The notes under the pieces were generated by a model. It searched no databases. It saw only the letters and a list, made by a program, of their open reading frames with translations, and was not told where the DNA came from. Both the position numbers and the translations under genes were made by a program. This document shows, piece by piece, positions 10,311-21,186 of a stretch of 64,000 nucleotides of DNA (position 1 is the first letter of the stretch; each line of letters opens with the position of its first letter). The stretch comes from an uncultured Bacillales bacterium (GTDB lineage Bacteria > Bacillota_I > Bacilli_A > RFN20 > CAG-449), in the NCBI GenBank assembly GCA_946641515.1, contig CAMPBT010000003.1, positions 56,079 to 120,078 of the forward strand. The letters run 5' to 3'.

Positions 10311-11330
10311 TTATTTTTCCTCCGTATTATTTTCTATAGGAGTTTCATTACTAGGAGAGGGTCTAGTCCAACCTTCACCATTAATTTCATGAGCACGTGA
10401 GATAGTCATAAAAGCAAATTTATCAACTGTATTAATAATTGATTGTACAGTTGAATATTCTCTAATTGAGAAAGTAAGCATTAATAATTGCTTACCTTGT
10501 TTTGAATAACCACCAGTCGCTTCAATAATAGTTGTTGTACGATCAAGTTTATGAATTACTGCATCATTAATTTCTTCATATTTATCAGAAACGATAAACG
10601 CTACGAAAGCTTGAGATCCTCCTAAGAAAATCTTATCGATAACAATTGCAGTAAGGAATGCAGTAATAATACCGAGTAAAGAAACAACCATATTCTTCAT
10701 AATAAATGCACCGCCGAAAATAATCGTAGCATCGACAATAAAGAATAATGTAGATGTCTTAGTTTTCTTAAATACATACTTAACTAAGATAAAGGAAATA
10801 ACATCTGCCCCACCAGAAGATCCTCCACCTAAGAAAGTAAAAGCACATCCTGCACCGACAAATAATCCGCCAAAAATAGAAGCAATTGGAAGAACCATTT
10901 GTCCAAATTGTTCTGCATATCTAGGGCCATTTAAAGCAAAATATCCATTTAATACATTAGGGTCAGCCATTTTAGATAATATAAGCAAGAAGAATGGATA
11001 GAAAATAGTCGCAATTAATGTTTGTAAAGCAAAATTCTTTCCTAAGAAAAATAGTCCAACAAAGAAGAATACCCAGGTAAGAATAGTTACCCAAACATCA
11101 ACTGTTAACCATTCAACTGGAATTAATTTATTTAAAATAATACCAATACCAGAGACACCTCCAGTAACTAAATCAAAAGGAATAACAAAGATTGCAGTAC
11201 CTAACGCAATTAAAAATGAGCCAAGAATTACAAGTAATGAATTCTTAAGGAAACGAATGATATTTTGTTTTGAAAAATCAAATCTAAACAAGTCTTTTAT
11301 TTTTTCACTCATTTGTTCTTTACCTCCCAT
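10311..11330 (-). CDS. YitT-family (DUF161/DUF2179) membrane protein
   Basis: 339 aa. Multi-TM N-terminal half with GGGSSGGADV, then C-terminal DUF2179-like soluble domain, as in YitT/YqfU proteins. Confidence 0.65.
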   Translation of the reverse strand: MGGKEQMSEKIKDLFRFDFSKQNIIRFLKNSLLVILGSFLIALGTAIFVIPFDLVTGGVSGIGIILNKLIPVEWLTVDVWVTILTWVFFFVGLFFLGKNFALQTLIATIFYPFFLLILSKMADPNVLNGYFALNGPRYAEQFGQMVLPIASIFGGLFVGAGCAFTFLGGGSSGGADVISFILVKYVFKKTKTSTLFFIVDATIIFGGAFIMKNMVVSLLGIITAFLTAIVIDKIFLGGSQAFVAFIVSDKYEEINDAVIHKLDRTTTIIEATGGYSKQGKQLLMLTFSIREYSTVQSIINTVDKFAFMTISRAHEINGEGWTRPSPSNETPIENNTEEK

Positions 11331-12419
11331 TTTAAGTAAGCGTTAATTAAGCCATCTAATTCTCCTTCTAAAACTCCATCTGTGTTGCTAGTTTCATAAG
11401 AAGAACGATGGTCTTTTACAAGTTTGTATGGACATAAGACATAAGAACGGATTTGAGAACCCCATTCAATATTCTTTTGTTCGCCTTTTAATTTATTCAT
11501 CTCTTCTTGTTTCTTCTTTAATTCAAGTTGATAAAGACGAGATTTTAATACGTTTAAGGCAATTTCTCTATTTTGAATTTGAGATCTTTCATTTTGGCAA
11601 GTTACCACAATTCCTGTAGGAAGGTGAGTAATTCTAACCGCGGATTCAGTTTTATTAACATTTTGTCCTCCGGCACCAGAAGATCTATATGTATCGATTC
11701 TTAAATCTTTTTCTTCAATATTAATATCGATATTACCTTCAATTTGAGGAATAACTTCAACTGAAGCAAAAGATGTATGTCTTCTACCTGATGAATCAAA
11801 AGGAGAAATTCTAACTAATCTATGTACCCCATTCTCTGATTTTAATTTACCATATGCGAATTTACCTTTCACTAAGAATGTGACTGATTTAATGCCCGCA
11901 TCAATAGCAGTTTCTAAAGCATATGTAGTAGTTTTTAATCCGTGAGAAGAAGCATATTTAATATACATTTCAAAGAGCATGTTTGCCCAATCTTGAGATT
12001 CAGTTCCACCTGCTCCAGGATGTATTTCAATAATTGCGTTATATTTATCAAATTCATTAGATAAAAGAATCGATGTGGAAAACTCATCTAACTTCTTTTC
12101 TAATGAAACTAATGATGAAGATAAACCTTCATGAATTTCTTCATCATATTCTTCTTTGATCATTTCAAGTAAACCTTCACTTTCTTCAGTTTCACTCTTT
12201 AGATCATTATAAGTTTTCAAGATTTCTTTAAGGCTATTAGATTCTTCAACAACCTTTAAAGCATTCTTTTGATCATCCCAAAATGAAGGATCATTTATTT
12301 GTTTTTCAAGTTCATTCACTCTGACTTTCTTGCTAGAAATGTCAAAGTGAATCACCTACTTCCATAAGTGATTCTTTGACAGTATTGAGACGATTTCTAA
12401 TTTCGAAAAGTTCAATCAC
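11309..12419 (-). CDS. prfB: peptide chain release factor 2, with programmed +1 ribosomal frameshift
   Basis: Frame 0 (GTG at 12419, RBS AAGGAG) encodes VIELFEIRNRLNTVKESLMEVGDSL and stops at CTT TGA C (12347..12341). An internal SD-like AGGTGAT sits just upstream. The +1 frame continues DISSKKVRVNELEK... (ORF-track 11309..12355) with the SPF and GGQ motifs. This is the classic RF2 autoregulatory frameshift site. Confidence 0.9.
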
Positions 12420-12421
12420 TA

Positions 12422-15010
12422 TTATTCTCCTTTTTCTTCGAGATTTTCTTTAGCTTTGATAGCAGCTTCAGTAGTTGATGTTTCTGGAGCTTTATCTTCT
12501 GCTACTGGAGCATTAGGAGCAGCAGTTTCTACTTTAGTTTCTTCAACTGGAGTAGCAGGAGCTTTTGCAGGTGCTTCTGATAAAGCAGCCTTTTGAGCTA
12601 ATGCTGCTTGTCTTTCTGCTTCAATTTCTTCAGGAGTCTTCATACGAACTTCAACCTTTAATAAGTTGAAAGCAATTTCGTCTGAAATCTTCATAATCAT
12701 TTCGTTAAACATATCCCAGCCTTCATCGACATATTCTTTTAATGGGTCGTGCTGAGCATATCCTCTAAGGCCAATACCTTCTTTTAACTTTGCCATTGAA
12801 TCAATGTGCATTGTCCAGTTTCTATCGACACATCTTAATGCAATTGATTTTTCTACTTGGTTAGGAATATCACCTTCCCAAGTTGCTCTCTTCTTGTTAT
12901 AGACTGCAAGTAAGATATCGCCAATTTGTTCTGCAACTTCATCTTGTGGTGCATCATCATAACCTGAAGTATCAAATGAACCTTCTGGTAGATATTTAGG
13001 TTCAAGATTTGCTTTTAATAATGAAGCAGATAAATATGGATTTCTTTGGTCTGTTGTATCCATTGATTGTTCAACAATAGCTTTACCAGCATTTTTAAAA
13101 TATGTTTCAATTTGTGAATAAATTTCTGGAGCGAATAAGATTGTATCTCTTTGAGCGTACATTGTTTCTCTTTGTTGTCTTAAGACATCATCGTAATCAA
13201 GTAATGATTTACGAGTATCAAAGTTTTGACCTTCAATCTTCTTTTGTGCAGAAGTAATTGCGTTCATAACAGTCTTTGATTCAAGAGGTTCATCACCCAT
13301 AGATGCAAATAAGCCTTTTAAGAAATCTGGAGCAAATCTAACAAGTAATTCATCTTCAATAGAAACAAAGAATCTAGAATAACCTGGGTCACCTTGACGA
13401 CCAGATCTACCACGTAATTGGTTATCAATACGTCTTGATTCTGCTCTTTCAGTACCAATAACACATAAACCTGCTGGGAATTTAACTTCACCAGTTGGGT
13501 CAACAATATCTCTAACCCCTTCACCGAGTTTAATATCAGTACCACGGCCTGCCATATTAGTTGCAATAGTAATTGCGTTCATTTGGCCTGCTTTTTCAAT
13601 GATGTGAGCTTCTCTTTCGTGGTTTTTAGCGTTTAATACTTCGTGTTGTAAACCTTCTTTATCAAGTAATTGGTGTAAAGTTTCAGAAGCTTCAACTGAT
13701 GCTGTACCAATTAAGATAGGCTGACCTAAAGCATGTCTACGTTTAACTTCCGCAATAACTGCTTTATATTTTGCACTTTCGCTACCAAATACTAAGTCTG
13801 TATCATCTTTACGGATAACTGGTCTATTTGTAGGAACTGGAGTAACGTGCATGTTATAAATTTTTTCAAATTCTTCTTCTTCAGTTTTAGCAGTACCAGT
13901 CATACCTGCAACTTTATTATAGATTCTAAAGAAGTTTTGATATGTGATTGTTGCCATTGTGATTGTTTCTGGTTTAATCTTAACATTTTCTTTAGCTTGA
14001 ATAGCCTGCTGTAAACCATCAGAATATTCTCTACCTTTCATAACACGGCCAGTGAATTGGTCGATTAAGTGGATTTCACCATCTGCAACCATATATTCAA
14101 CATTTCTCTTCATAGTGAAGTTAGCTTTTAAAGCTTGGTGAATTCTATGAACTAAATCTTGATATTCAGGAGCATATAAGTTCTTAATACCAAATGCTCT
14201 TTCAGCAGCATCAACACCAGTATCAGTTAAAGATACCGATTTTGTCTTAACATCAATTGTGAAGTCTCTTTCTTTTCTTAATGACTTAACAAAACGATCT
14301 GCGAAAATATATGTGTTTGCAGGTGCTCTTTCTCCTCCAGAAATGATTAATGGAGTTCTTGATTCATCAATTAAAATAGAGTCAGCTTCATCAACGATAG
14401 CGAAGTTAAGGCCTCTTAAAACTCTTCTCTCAATAGTTTGTGCCATATTATCTCTTAAGTAGTCAAAACCAAGTTCAGAGTTAGTTGTATATGTAATATC
14501 TGCAGCATAAGCAGCTTTTTTAGCAGCAGGATCCTTTTCACGTAAGTTAACATCACATGTTAAACCGAGCCATCTATAGACTTGGCCCATTAATTCACAG
14601 TCACGAGCTGCTAAGTATTCGTTAACAGTAACAACGTGAACACCTTTGCCTGATAAAGCATTTAAATAAACAGGCATAGTTTCAGTTAAAGTTTTGCCTT
14701 CACCTGTCTTCATTTCTGCAACATCACCTTCGTGAATGATGATACCGCCGATAACTTGAACGTAGTAAGGATATTCGCCTCTTACACGTTTATCTGCTTC
14801 TCTACATACAGCGAATGCTTCAGGTAAAATATCATCTAATGTTTTTCCTTCTGCAAGTAACTGTTTAAAATAAGGTGTCTTTGCTTTTAATTCATCATCA
14901 GATAATGCTGCCATTTCATCTGCATAAGAAAGAACCTGTTTAGCGCGTCTTTCAATTTTCTTTAATGCACGCTGGTCTACTCTCAAAATCTTATCTAGAA
15001 AGTTTGCCAT
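12422..15010 (-). CDS. secA: preprotein translocase ATPase SecA
   Basis: ORF 12422..15037. I prefer the ATG at 15010 (MANFLDKIL..., typical SecA N-terminus), which has GGAGG 8 nt upstream. DEAD-like motifs present. 862 aa. secA-prfB linkage as in Bacillus. Confidence 0.95.
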   Translation of the reverse strand: MANFLDKILRVDQRALKKIERRAKQVLSYADEMAALSDDELKAKTPYFKQLLAEGKTLDDILPEAFAVCREADKRVRGEYPYYVQVIGGIIIHEGDVAEMKTGEGKTLTETMPVYLNALSGKGVHVVTVNEYLAARDCELMGQVYRWLGLTCDVNLREKDPAAKKAAYAADITYTTNSELGFDYLRDNMAQTIERRVLRGLNFAIVDEADSILIDESRTPLIISGGERAPANTYIFADRFVKSLRKERDFTIDVKTKSVSLTDTGVDAAERAFGIKNLYAPEYQDLVHRIHQALKANFTMKRNVEYMVADGEIHLIDQFTGRVMKGREYSDGLQQAIQAKENVKIKPETITMATITYQNFFRIYNKVAGMTGTAKTEEEEFEKIYNMHVTPVPTNRPVIRKDDTDLVFGSESAKYKAVIAEVKRRHALGQPILIGTASVEASETLHQLLDKEGLQHEVLNAKNHEREAHIIEKAGQMNAITIATNMAGRGTDIKLGEGVRDIVDPTGEVKFPAGLCVIGTERAESRRIDNQLRGRSGRQGDPGYSRFFVSIEDELLVRFAPDFLKGLFASMGDEPLESKTVMNAITSAQKKIEGQNFDTRKSLLDYDDVLRQQRETMYAQRDTILFAPEIYSQIETYFKNAGKAIVEQSMDTTDQRNPYLSASLLKANLEPKYLPEGSFDTSGYDDAPQDEVAEQIGDILLAVYNKKRATWEGDIPNQVEKSIALRCVDRNWTMHIDSMAKLKEGIGLRGYAQHDPLKEYVDEGWDMFNEMIMKISDEIAFNLLKVEVRMKTPEEIEAERQAALAQKAALSEAPAKAPATPVEETKVETAAPNAPVAEDKAPETSTTEAAIKAKENLEEKGE

Positions 15011-15112
15011 TTTATATTCCTCCGTAAAATAACTCAATGTATATTATACATTGTGTAAGGCCTTACTGCAATTGAGGATTTTAATTTAAAGTGCGGAAAA
15101 TAAGACTTTTGT

Positions 15113-15721
15113 CTACTTTTCATTCTTATGACATAAAACTAAGACTTTTATAACCTTAGGATTATATTTTTTTACATATTTAATCGCCGCCTTAATAGAT
15201 GAACCAGTTGTCATAATATCATCGACAATTAAGATTTTTTTATTAGTCAATTCTTCACCATTTATAACATCTAATTTTTCATAAACTTTTTCTCTTTCAG
15301 CTTTATTCAAATCTGATTGTTTATAATGAATCTTTTTATATAAACAATTAATAAAAGGAAGATTGAGGCATTTAAAAATTTCTATTACATGATTAAAGCC
15401 TCTTTTTTCATCATCCTCTTTAGAGGAAGGTAAAGGGACTAGATAATAACCTCTATACTTTAAGCGTAATTCATATACAAATCTACATAAGAAAATATCT
15501 TTTAATTCAAAGTCAAAACAGCCTTTAAAATTAAAAATCAAATTACGCATTTTTTCATTATAATCATATAATATTTGATAATGTATTCCATCTTTATAAA
15601 ACGACCTAAAGATAGGTATTAACTCATTAAAACAAGTAGAACAAATACAGATATTTTTATTAAAAAATTGAATGCCAAAATAAGTGAAATTCTTAAAGCA
15701 AACCTTACATATTTTTGACAT
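15113..15721 (-). CDS. comFC: ComF-family protein (ComFC-like phosphoribosyltransferase domain)
   Basis: 202 aa. N-terminal Cys pairs CKVC...CSTC. C-terminal PRTase motif ILIVDDIMTTGSS. Confidence 0.7.
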   Translation of the reverse strand: MSKICKVCFKNFTYFGIQFFNKNICICSTCFNELIPIFRSFYKDGIHYQILYDYNEKMRNLIFNFKGCFDFELKDIFLCRFVYELRLKYRGYYLVPLPSSKEDDEKRGFNHVIEIFKCLNLPFINCLYKKIHYKQSDLNKAEREKVYEKLDVINGEELTNKKILIVDDIMTTGSSIKAAIKYVKKYNPKVIKVLVLCHKNEK

Positions 15722-16850
15722 AAGTATTAGCCTCTTTTATCTTTTCAAGAGCACTTCTTATTTCATCATTTTCTTTATCACAAAAGAAAATAACTTCACC
15801 GTCCCACGCATCAATTTTTCTACCTACTCTACCTGCAATTTGAATTAAAGTTTTCTCATCGTAAATCGGTGAAGAAGCATCATCGACAATTACTTGCAAA
15901 TTCTTAACCGTTACCCCTCTTTCTAAAATTGATGTAGTAATTAAATAACGATATTCACCTTTTTTAAAAGCACTTATAATTTCTTCTCGATTAGATTTTT
16001 TAGAATGAACTACCGCGCCTTGTTTATAAAATATTTTTAATTTATTAAATAATATTTCTGCTTTATCAATAGTAGGTTCAAAAATAAAGCATTGCTTATT
16101 ATCATTTAAAAATTGTTTTAATTTTTTACTAATTAAAATATCTCTAAAAAATGGAGATACTATAACTTTTGGTACAATTAAAGGATGTCCGTGGTATCTA
16201 GTTTTAAGTTCAAAGAATTTACCTCCAGTATCTCTAACTTCTTTGATCATAGAAGGCAAAGGAGTTGCGCTCATCATAATAAAATTTCCCTTGAGAGATT
16301 TATTAAAATAAGTATGTAATATTTCATTTCCTTGATAAGGAAAAGCATCTGTTTCATCAATAATTAATAAATCAAAATAATGTTCATAACGATATAATTG
16401 ATGACAAGTTAATAAAATAATATCAGCTTCTAAATTACTAGTATGTCCTCCATATACTGAAGTTACTGAATTAGAGGGAAACGCTGATTTAATTCTCTCT
16501 TCAAGTTCAATCACAACATCTTTACGAGGAATAGTAAAGCCAACTTGTAAGCCAAAACTTAAAGCATAAGCAATAGTTCGATATACCAGTTCAGTTTTTC
16601 CCGCACCACATACCGCATGAATTAAAGAATTCTTATGATTTGCAAAAGCTTCTTTAACACCTGTTGCAATATTTTCTTGTTCTTCACTTAATTCGTAAGA
16701 TAATTCTTCTTTTAAATCCGAATTAGGATTAATGTAATGAAATGATGCACTTTTACCATTAAAACTTAAGCAAAGTCTACAATATGGTTTGTTATTTATA
16801 TAACCAATATATCGAGAATTAGTATTTCCACATTTTTCACAAACGAACAT
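15705..16850 (-). CDS. comFA: ComFA-like DEAD/DEAH-box helicase (competence protein ComFA)
   Basis: 381 aa. N-terminal zinc finger CEKCGN...CRLC. Walker A CGAGKTE. DEAD-like LLIIDETD. Helicase C motifs. Overlaps comFC by 17 nt. Confidence 0.75.
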   Translation of the reverse strand: MFVCEKCGNTNSRYIGYINNKPYCRLCLSFNGKSASFHYINPNSDLKEELSYELSEEQENIATGVKEAFANHKNSLIHAVCGAGKTELVYRTIAYALSFGLQVGFTIPRKDVVIELEERIKSAFPSNSVTSVYGGHTSNLEADIILLTCHQLYRYEHYFDLLIIDETDAFPYQGNEILHTYFNKSLKGNFIMMSATPLPSMIKEVRDTGGKFFELKTRYHGHPLIVPKVIVSPFFRDILISKKLKQFLNDNKQCFIFEPTIDKAEILFNKLKIFYKQGAVVHSKKSNREEIISAFKKGEYRYLITTSILERGVTVKNLQVIVDDASSPIYDEKTLIQIAGRVGRKIDAWDGEVIFFCDKENDEIRSALEKIKEANTYVKNM

Positions 16851-16905
16851 AAAAAAAACATCCTTTCAAATAATCTATTAGGATGTTTTTAATATTTTAC
16901 AAATT

Positions 16906-17334
16906 TTATTTTTCGATTTTTTCAACACGACGTAAGTGTCTACCACCTTCGAATTCTGTGTTTAAGAAAATATGTGTTCTTCTTTTAACATCTTCAAGGT
17001 CCATAAACTTTTGTGAGAAAGCAATCATGTTAGCGTTATTATGTTGCCTCATTAAAGCAGATACTTCATCGTTATAACCCATTCCGCATCTTACTCCACG
17101 TACTTTGTTTGCAGTCATCATGACACCTTCACCTGAAGTACAAACAACAATGCCTTTATCAACTTCTCCACTTGCAACAAGTTCTGCTGCTTTTCTAGCA
17201 AAATCAGGATAATCACAAGAATCAGTAGTATAAGTTCCGCAGTCAATGACTTCGTTACCTTCTTGCTTAAGCATTTCTACTAATGCGTTCTTTGTATCAA
17301 GTCCTCCATGATCACAAGCAATTGAAATTTTCAT
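16906..17334 (-). CDS. rpiB: ribose-5-phosphate isomerase B (RpiB/LacA/LacB family)
   Basis: 142 aa. Begins MKISIACDHGG, the family signature. Confidence 0.85.
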   Translation of the reverse strand: MKISIACDHGGLDTKNALVEMLKQEGNEVIDCGTYTTDSCDYPDFARKAAELVASGEVDKGIVVCTSGEGVMMTANKVRGVRCGMGYNDEVSALMRQHNNANMIAFSQKFMDLEDVKRRTHIFLNTEFEGGRHLRRVEKIEK

Positions 17335-17337
17335 AAT

Positions 17338-17958
17338 TTAATCCTCCCAAGTTTTCTTAATTTCATCAAATTTAATTGTACCTTCTCTAACTAAAGCAAT
17401 ATCTTCATCACAGATAACAATAGTTGAAGGAACCGCAGATTTAGTTTCACCATCTACAATGTAAGGTATTTTATTATTAAAGACTTCATATGTGCCTTTA
17501 AAATCAGCATTAGAAACTTGTCCAGAGATATTCGCGCTTGTTACTAGCATTGGTTCTTTAACATTTGCAATTAAAGTACAAACTTCTTCTTTACCTGCAA
17601 CTCTAACTCCAATATAATTTGAAGATAAAGTTACCCAATGAGGTAAATGTTCTTTTGGTTTAAGAAGTAAAGTAATTTCCCCAGGCATATATTTATCAAT
17701 TAATTTTTGAGTTTTTTCATTGATATAAGCATATTTACCAATTTCACTAGGAGAAGATAGCATTAAAGTGAAAGGTTTATCAGGTCTTCTATTTTTAACT
17801 CTAACCATTTCTTCAAAAGCTTCTTCTTTACTTGCAATACATCCAAGTCCATATACAGTTTCAGTAGGGAAAGCGACTACTCCACCATCTTGAATGCATT
17901 TAATTAAATCTTTGTTTGTAAATTCTACAATTTTAGTTTCCATTTTTATCACCTTCAT
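17338..17958 (-). CDS. tsaC: L-threonylcarbamoyladenylate synthase (YrdC/YwlC/TsaC family)
   Basis: 206 aa. YrdC motifs GGVVAFPTETVYGLG and PDKPFTLMLS. Confidence 0.8.
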   Translation of the reverse strand: MKVIKMETKIVEFTNKDLIKCIQDGGVVAFPTETVYGLGCIASKEEAFEEMVRVKNRRPDKPFTLMLSSPSEIGKYAYINEKTQKLIDKYMPGEITLLLKPKEHLPHWVTLSSNYIGVRVAGKEEVCTLIANVKEPMLVTSANISGQVSNADFKGTYEVFNNKIPYIVDGETKSAVPSTIVICDEDIALVREGTIKFDEIKKTWED

Positions 17959-17974
17959 AATTATATCTCTTAGA

Positions 17975-18796
17975 CTATTTATTTAATACAAGGAAACGAA
18001 CAAAATTGTTAATATCCTTAATAAATTCATATGAGTAAGAAGGTATATATTCTTTAATTAATTTAGTTAATCCCTCTTCTAAATCAGGAGAAATTTCAAA
18101 TATTGCAAAGCCATTATCATTAAGATGTTTGTCGATATCTTTAATAATCTTATGATAAATAACAAGTCCATCTTCTTCTGCAAATAAGGCAAGTTCAGGT
18201 TCATATTTTAAAACTGATTCACCTACAAAATTACCTCTTTTAATATAGGGAGGATTAGAAACGATAATATCGTATTTCTTATCGTTAATAGGAGCAAAAC
18301 AATCTCCTAAAAAGAAATTAACTTTACCATTAAGTTCTTTATTATTTTCTTTAGCAACTTCTAAAGTTTCCAAAGAAATATCAATCGCATCTACTAAAGG
18401 ATTATTTAATTCTTTATCTAGAGTTAAAGCAATACATCCAGTCCCTGTTCCAATATCTAGAATTGATAAATTAGGGCTAGTAGATACTCTATTTATAACA
18501 TAATAAACTAACTCTTCAGTTTCATTACGAGGAATTAAAGTGACACCTTCTTTAACAATAAAATCACGTCTATAGAAAGGTGCTTTACCAATAATGTAAT
18601 AAAGAGGTTTGCCATCTAAATATTCTTGAACTCTCTTATTAAATTCACTTTCTTCAATTAAAAGGTCATCTTTAATAAATAATTCCTCACGAGATAAAGA
18701 AAAAGTCTTCTCTAAAAGATAAAAAATATCTTCTTTGAAGACTTGGTCTTCGCTTAAAGATAAAGTTTTTCTCATTAAATCTTTAAGCTTAGTCAT
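17975..18796 (-). CDS. prmC: release factor glutamine methyltransferase PrmC (HemK)
   Basis: 273 aa. SAM-binding DIGTGTGCIAL and catalytic NPPY (IIVSNPPYI). Lies immediately downstream of prfA. Confidence 0.85.
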   Translation of the reverse strand: MTKLKDLMRKTLSLSEDQVFKEDIFYLLEKTFSLSREELFIKDDLLIEESEFNKRVQEYLDGKPLYYIIGKAPFYRRDFIVKEGVTLIPRNETEELVYYVINRVSTSPNLSILDIGTGTGCIALTLDKELNNPLVDAIDISLETLEVAKENNKELNGKVNFFLGDCFAPINDKKYDIIVSNPPYIKRGNFVGESVLKYEPELALFAEEDGLVIYHKIIKDIDKHLNDNGFAIFEISPDLEEGLTKLIKEYIPSYSYEFIKDINNFVRFLVLNK

Positions 18797-19883
18797 TATA
18801 TTTTTTTGCCTCTTGTTCCATTAAATCTTGCTGGTTAGCATTGATTAATGCTTCGATAATATCTTCAAGATCGCCTTCCATAACACGGTCTAATTTTTGA
18901 ATAGTATAGCCAATTCTATGGTCAGTAACACGGTTTTGAGCGTAGTTGTATGTTCTAATCTTTTCAGATCTTTCACCTGTACCAACTTTTAATCTTCTTT
19001 CAGAACCAACTGCTGCATCTTGTTCAGCTTGTTTTGCTGCTAAAAGTTTTTGTTTTAACATGTTCATAGCAATTTCACGGTTTTGGATTTGTGATCTTTC
19101 AATTTGTGAAGCTGCGACAATACCTGTAGGAATATGGGTAATACGGACTGCGGATTCAGTTTTGTTGACGTTTTGTCCACCTGCACCCTGTGATCTATAT
19201 GTATCAATCTTTAAATCTGCTGGGTTAATTTCAATTTCAACCTTTGGTACTTCAGGCATAACTAAAACAGTAGCAGTAGAAGTTTGGATTCTACCGTTAG
19301 CTTCAGTTACTGGAATACGTTGAACTCTGTGAGCACCTGATTCGAATTTCAATTTAGAATAAACTTTATCACCCTTAACTTGGAATGAAATGTTTGAATA
19401 TCCGCCTGCAGCAGATGGAGTAGAATCAAGAACTTGAACTTTCCAACCTTGGTTTTCTGCATAACGAGTGTACATTCTAAATAAATCGCCAGCGAAAATG
19501 TTAGCTTCGTCTCCACCTGCTGCACCCTTAATTTCACAGATAATATCTTTATCATCGTTAGGGTCACGTGGAAGTAACATAATCTTTAATTTTTGATATG
19601 TTTCTTTATTCTTTTCGCTTAATTCTTTAATTGTTTCTTTAGCAAATTCGACAATTTCAGGATCTGATTCATTAACCATAATTTGTGCATCTTCTAAATC
19701 TGCTAAATCTTTTTTATAGCCTCTATAAACTTCAAGAGGTTCTTCTAAGTTTGCTTTTTCTTTACTTAAAGCAGTGAGTTTTTCAACATCAGAGCCAATT
19801 TCAGGATCAGCAAGTAATTTATCTATTTCTGCATCTCTAGCAAGCATTGCTTCGAGTCTAGAAATCATTTTATCTTCTGCCAT
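18789..19883 (-). CDS. prfA: peptide chain release factor 1
   Basis: 364 aa. GGQ motif (QGAGGQNVNKTESAVRITHIPTG) and PVT-like domain. RBS GGAGAAG upstream. Confidence 0.93.
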   Translation of the reverse strand: MAEDKMISRLEAMLARDAEIDKLLADPEIGSDVEKLTALSKEKANLEEPLEVYRGYKKDLADLEDAQIMVNESDPEIVEFAKETIKELSEKNKETYQKLKIMLLPRDPNDDKDIICEIKGAAGGDEANIFAGDLFRMYTRYAENQGWKVQVLDSTPSAAGGYSNISFQVKGDKVYSKLKFESGAHRVQRIPVTEANGRIQTSTATVLVMPEVPKVEIEINPADLKIDTYRSQGAGGQNVNKTESAVRITHIPTGIVAASQIERSQIQNREIAMNMLKQKLLAAKQAEQDAAVGSERRLKVGTGERSEKIRTYNYAQNRVTDHRIGYTIQKLDRVMEGDLEDIIEALINANQQDLMEQEAKKYND

Positions 19884-20002
19884 TTTGCTCTTCTCCTTTC
19901 GAAAGCCGCTACTATCTTATCAAAAAAGAGTAGAAAAATAAATAGAAATCTATTTATATGATTTTTTGTATACATGTGATAAGATAAGTCTCAGGTGATT
20001 TT

Positions 20003-21103
20003 ATGTATAGATTTGATATTAACAACAACTTAGTTTCACTTGCTAATTCAATTTTAAAATATTTTACAGGAGAAAGTTTCCACACTACTAACACAAACTT
20101 AGATTACTATTTATCCTCAAAAAAATACAAAAAAATTGCAGTTTTATTATTTGATGGATTTGGAAAATCTATTAGAGAAAAGACATTAAAAGAATCAGAT
20201 TTTTTACGCAAAAAGACTAAATTTACTATCTCTAGTATCTTCCCACCTACAACAGTTGCGGCAACTACTGCAATCAACACTGCAAAATATCCTGTCGAAA
20301 CAGGTTGGCTTGGTTTGGAACAGTATTTTAAAGATAGAAATCAAGTAGTAGAAATGTTTACAAATAGATGTATTAATACAGGTGAATATATCGAAGGACC
20401 ATCTTTATCAAATACCCTAGTTCCATATACTAATATCTGTGATTTAATCAATAAGAATTCAAAGGCCCATTCTGAGCTAGTTATGCCTTATCCTATCGAT
20501 AAGCAAGGTCCAAACAACCTCAACGATTGGTTACAAAAAATCTCTTCAAAATTAAATCAATATGATGAAGCATATTATTATTGTTATTGGGCAAGTCCAG
20601 ATAACATAATTCACGAATACGGCACAGACCATCCAAAAGTAAGGAATTTTTGTAAGCTAGCTAATAAATTATTAGTTAAATTTGCTAAAGAACATCCTGA
20701 CACTTTATTCATCGTTTTAGCAGATCATTCTCTAGTTGATTCAAAATTCTTCTACATCTATGAACACGATGATTTTGCCTCTACTTTAGCAAACACAATG
20801 TCTCTAGATTCAAGAAGTACAATGTTCCACGTTAAAAGCGATAAGAAAGAAGAATTCGTTTCTTTATTCAATAAATATTACGGACAGTATTTCGTTTTAA
20901 AAACTCGTCAAGAAGTCATAGATGAAAAATGGTTTGGTGAAGGTAAAGAAAATCCACATTTTAGAGACTTTTTAGGGGATTTTATGGCGACTTCAGTAAG
21001 TGAATATGGCTTTACATATGACAAAGAAAATACTATGAAAGGCGCACATTCTGGTTCACTAGAAGAAGAGTCATTAATTGATGTTTCTCTCTTAAACATA
21101 TAA
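20003..21103 (+). CDS. alkaline-phosphatase-superfamily hydrolase (type I phosphodiesterase/nucleotide pyrophosphatase-like)
   Basis: 366 aa. Metal-ligand-like motifs IAVLLFDGFG near the N-terminus and VLADHSLVD, resembling AlkP-core enzymes. Confidence 0.45.
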   Translation: MYRFDINNNLVSLANSILKYFTGESFHTTNTNLDYYLSSKKYKKIAVLLFDGFGKSIREKTLKESDFLRKKTKFTISSIFPPTTVAATTAINTAKYPVETGWLGLEQYFKDRNQVVEMFTNRCINTGEYIEGPSLSNTLVPYTNICDLINKNSKAHSELVMPYPIDKQGPNNLNDWLQKISSKLNQYDEAYYYCYWASPDNIIHEYGTDHPKVRNFCKLANKLLVKFAKEHPDTLFIVLADHSLVDSKFFYIYEHDDFASTLANTMSLDSRSTMFHVKSDKKEEFVSLFNKYYGQYFVLKTRQEVIDEKWFGEGKENPHFRDFLGDFMATSVSEYGFTYDKENTMKGAHSGSLEEESLIDVSLLNI

Positions 21104-21186
21104 TTATTTTTAATTAAGGAACATAAAATAGCTATTGTAATTGTGGCATAATTGTGCTATAATTATGTCAGAAAGAAGGTGTTTTT

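Noticed and set aside
12422-15037. Antisense or internal small ORFs within long genes (e.g. 13318..13566, 14259..14462 in secA; 22536..22886, 23154..23606 in dnaX; 44185..45786 set in the activase gene; 24437..25031; 25608..26342; 34110..35132; 36899..37765; 47971..48424; 48812..49099; 49431..49760; 51808..51990; 54530..54829; 60297..61449)
   Set aside because: All lie fully inside, and mostly antisense to, well-supported conserved genes. They have low-complexity or hydrophobic-random composition and no RBS. They are typical spurious six-frame ORFs in AT-rich DNA.
15038-15112. hpf/yvyD-like gene expected between comFC and secA by Bacillus synteny
   Set aside because: The spacer is only about 100 nt with no ORF. 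It is simply absent here, not a missed gene.
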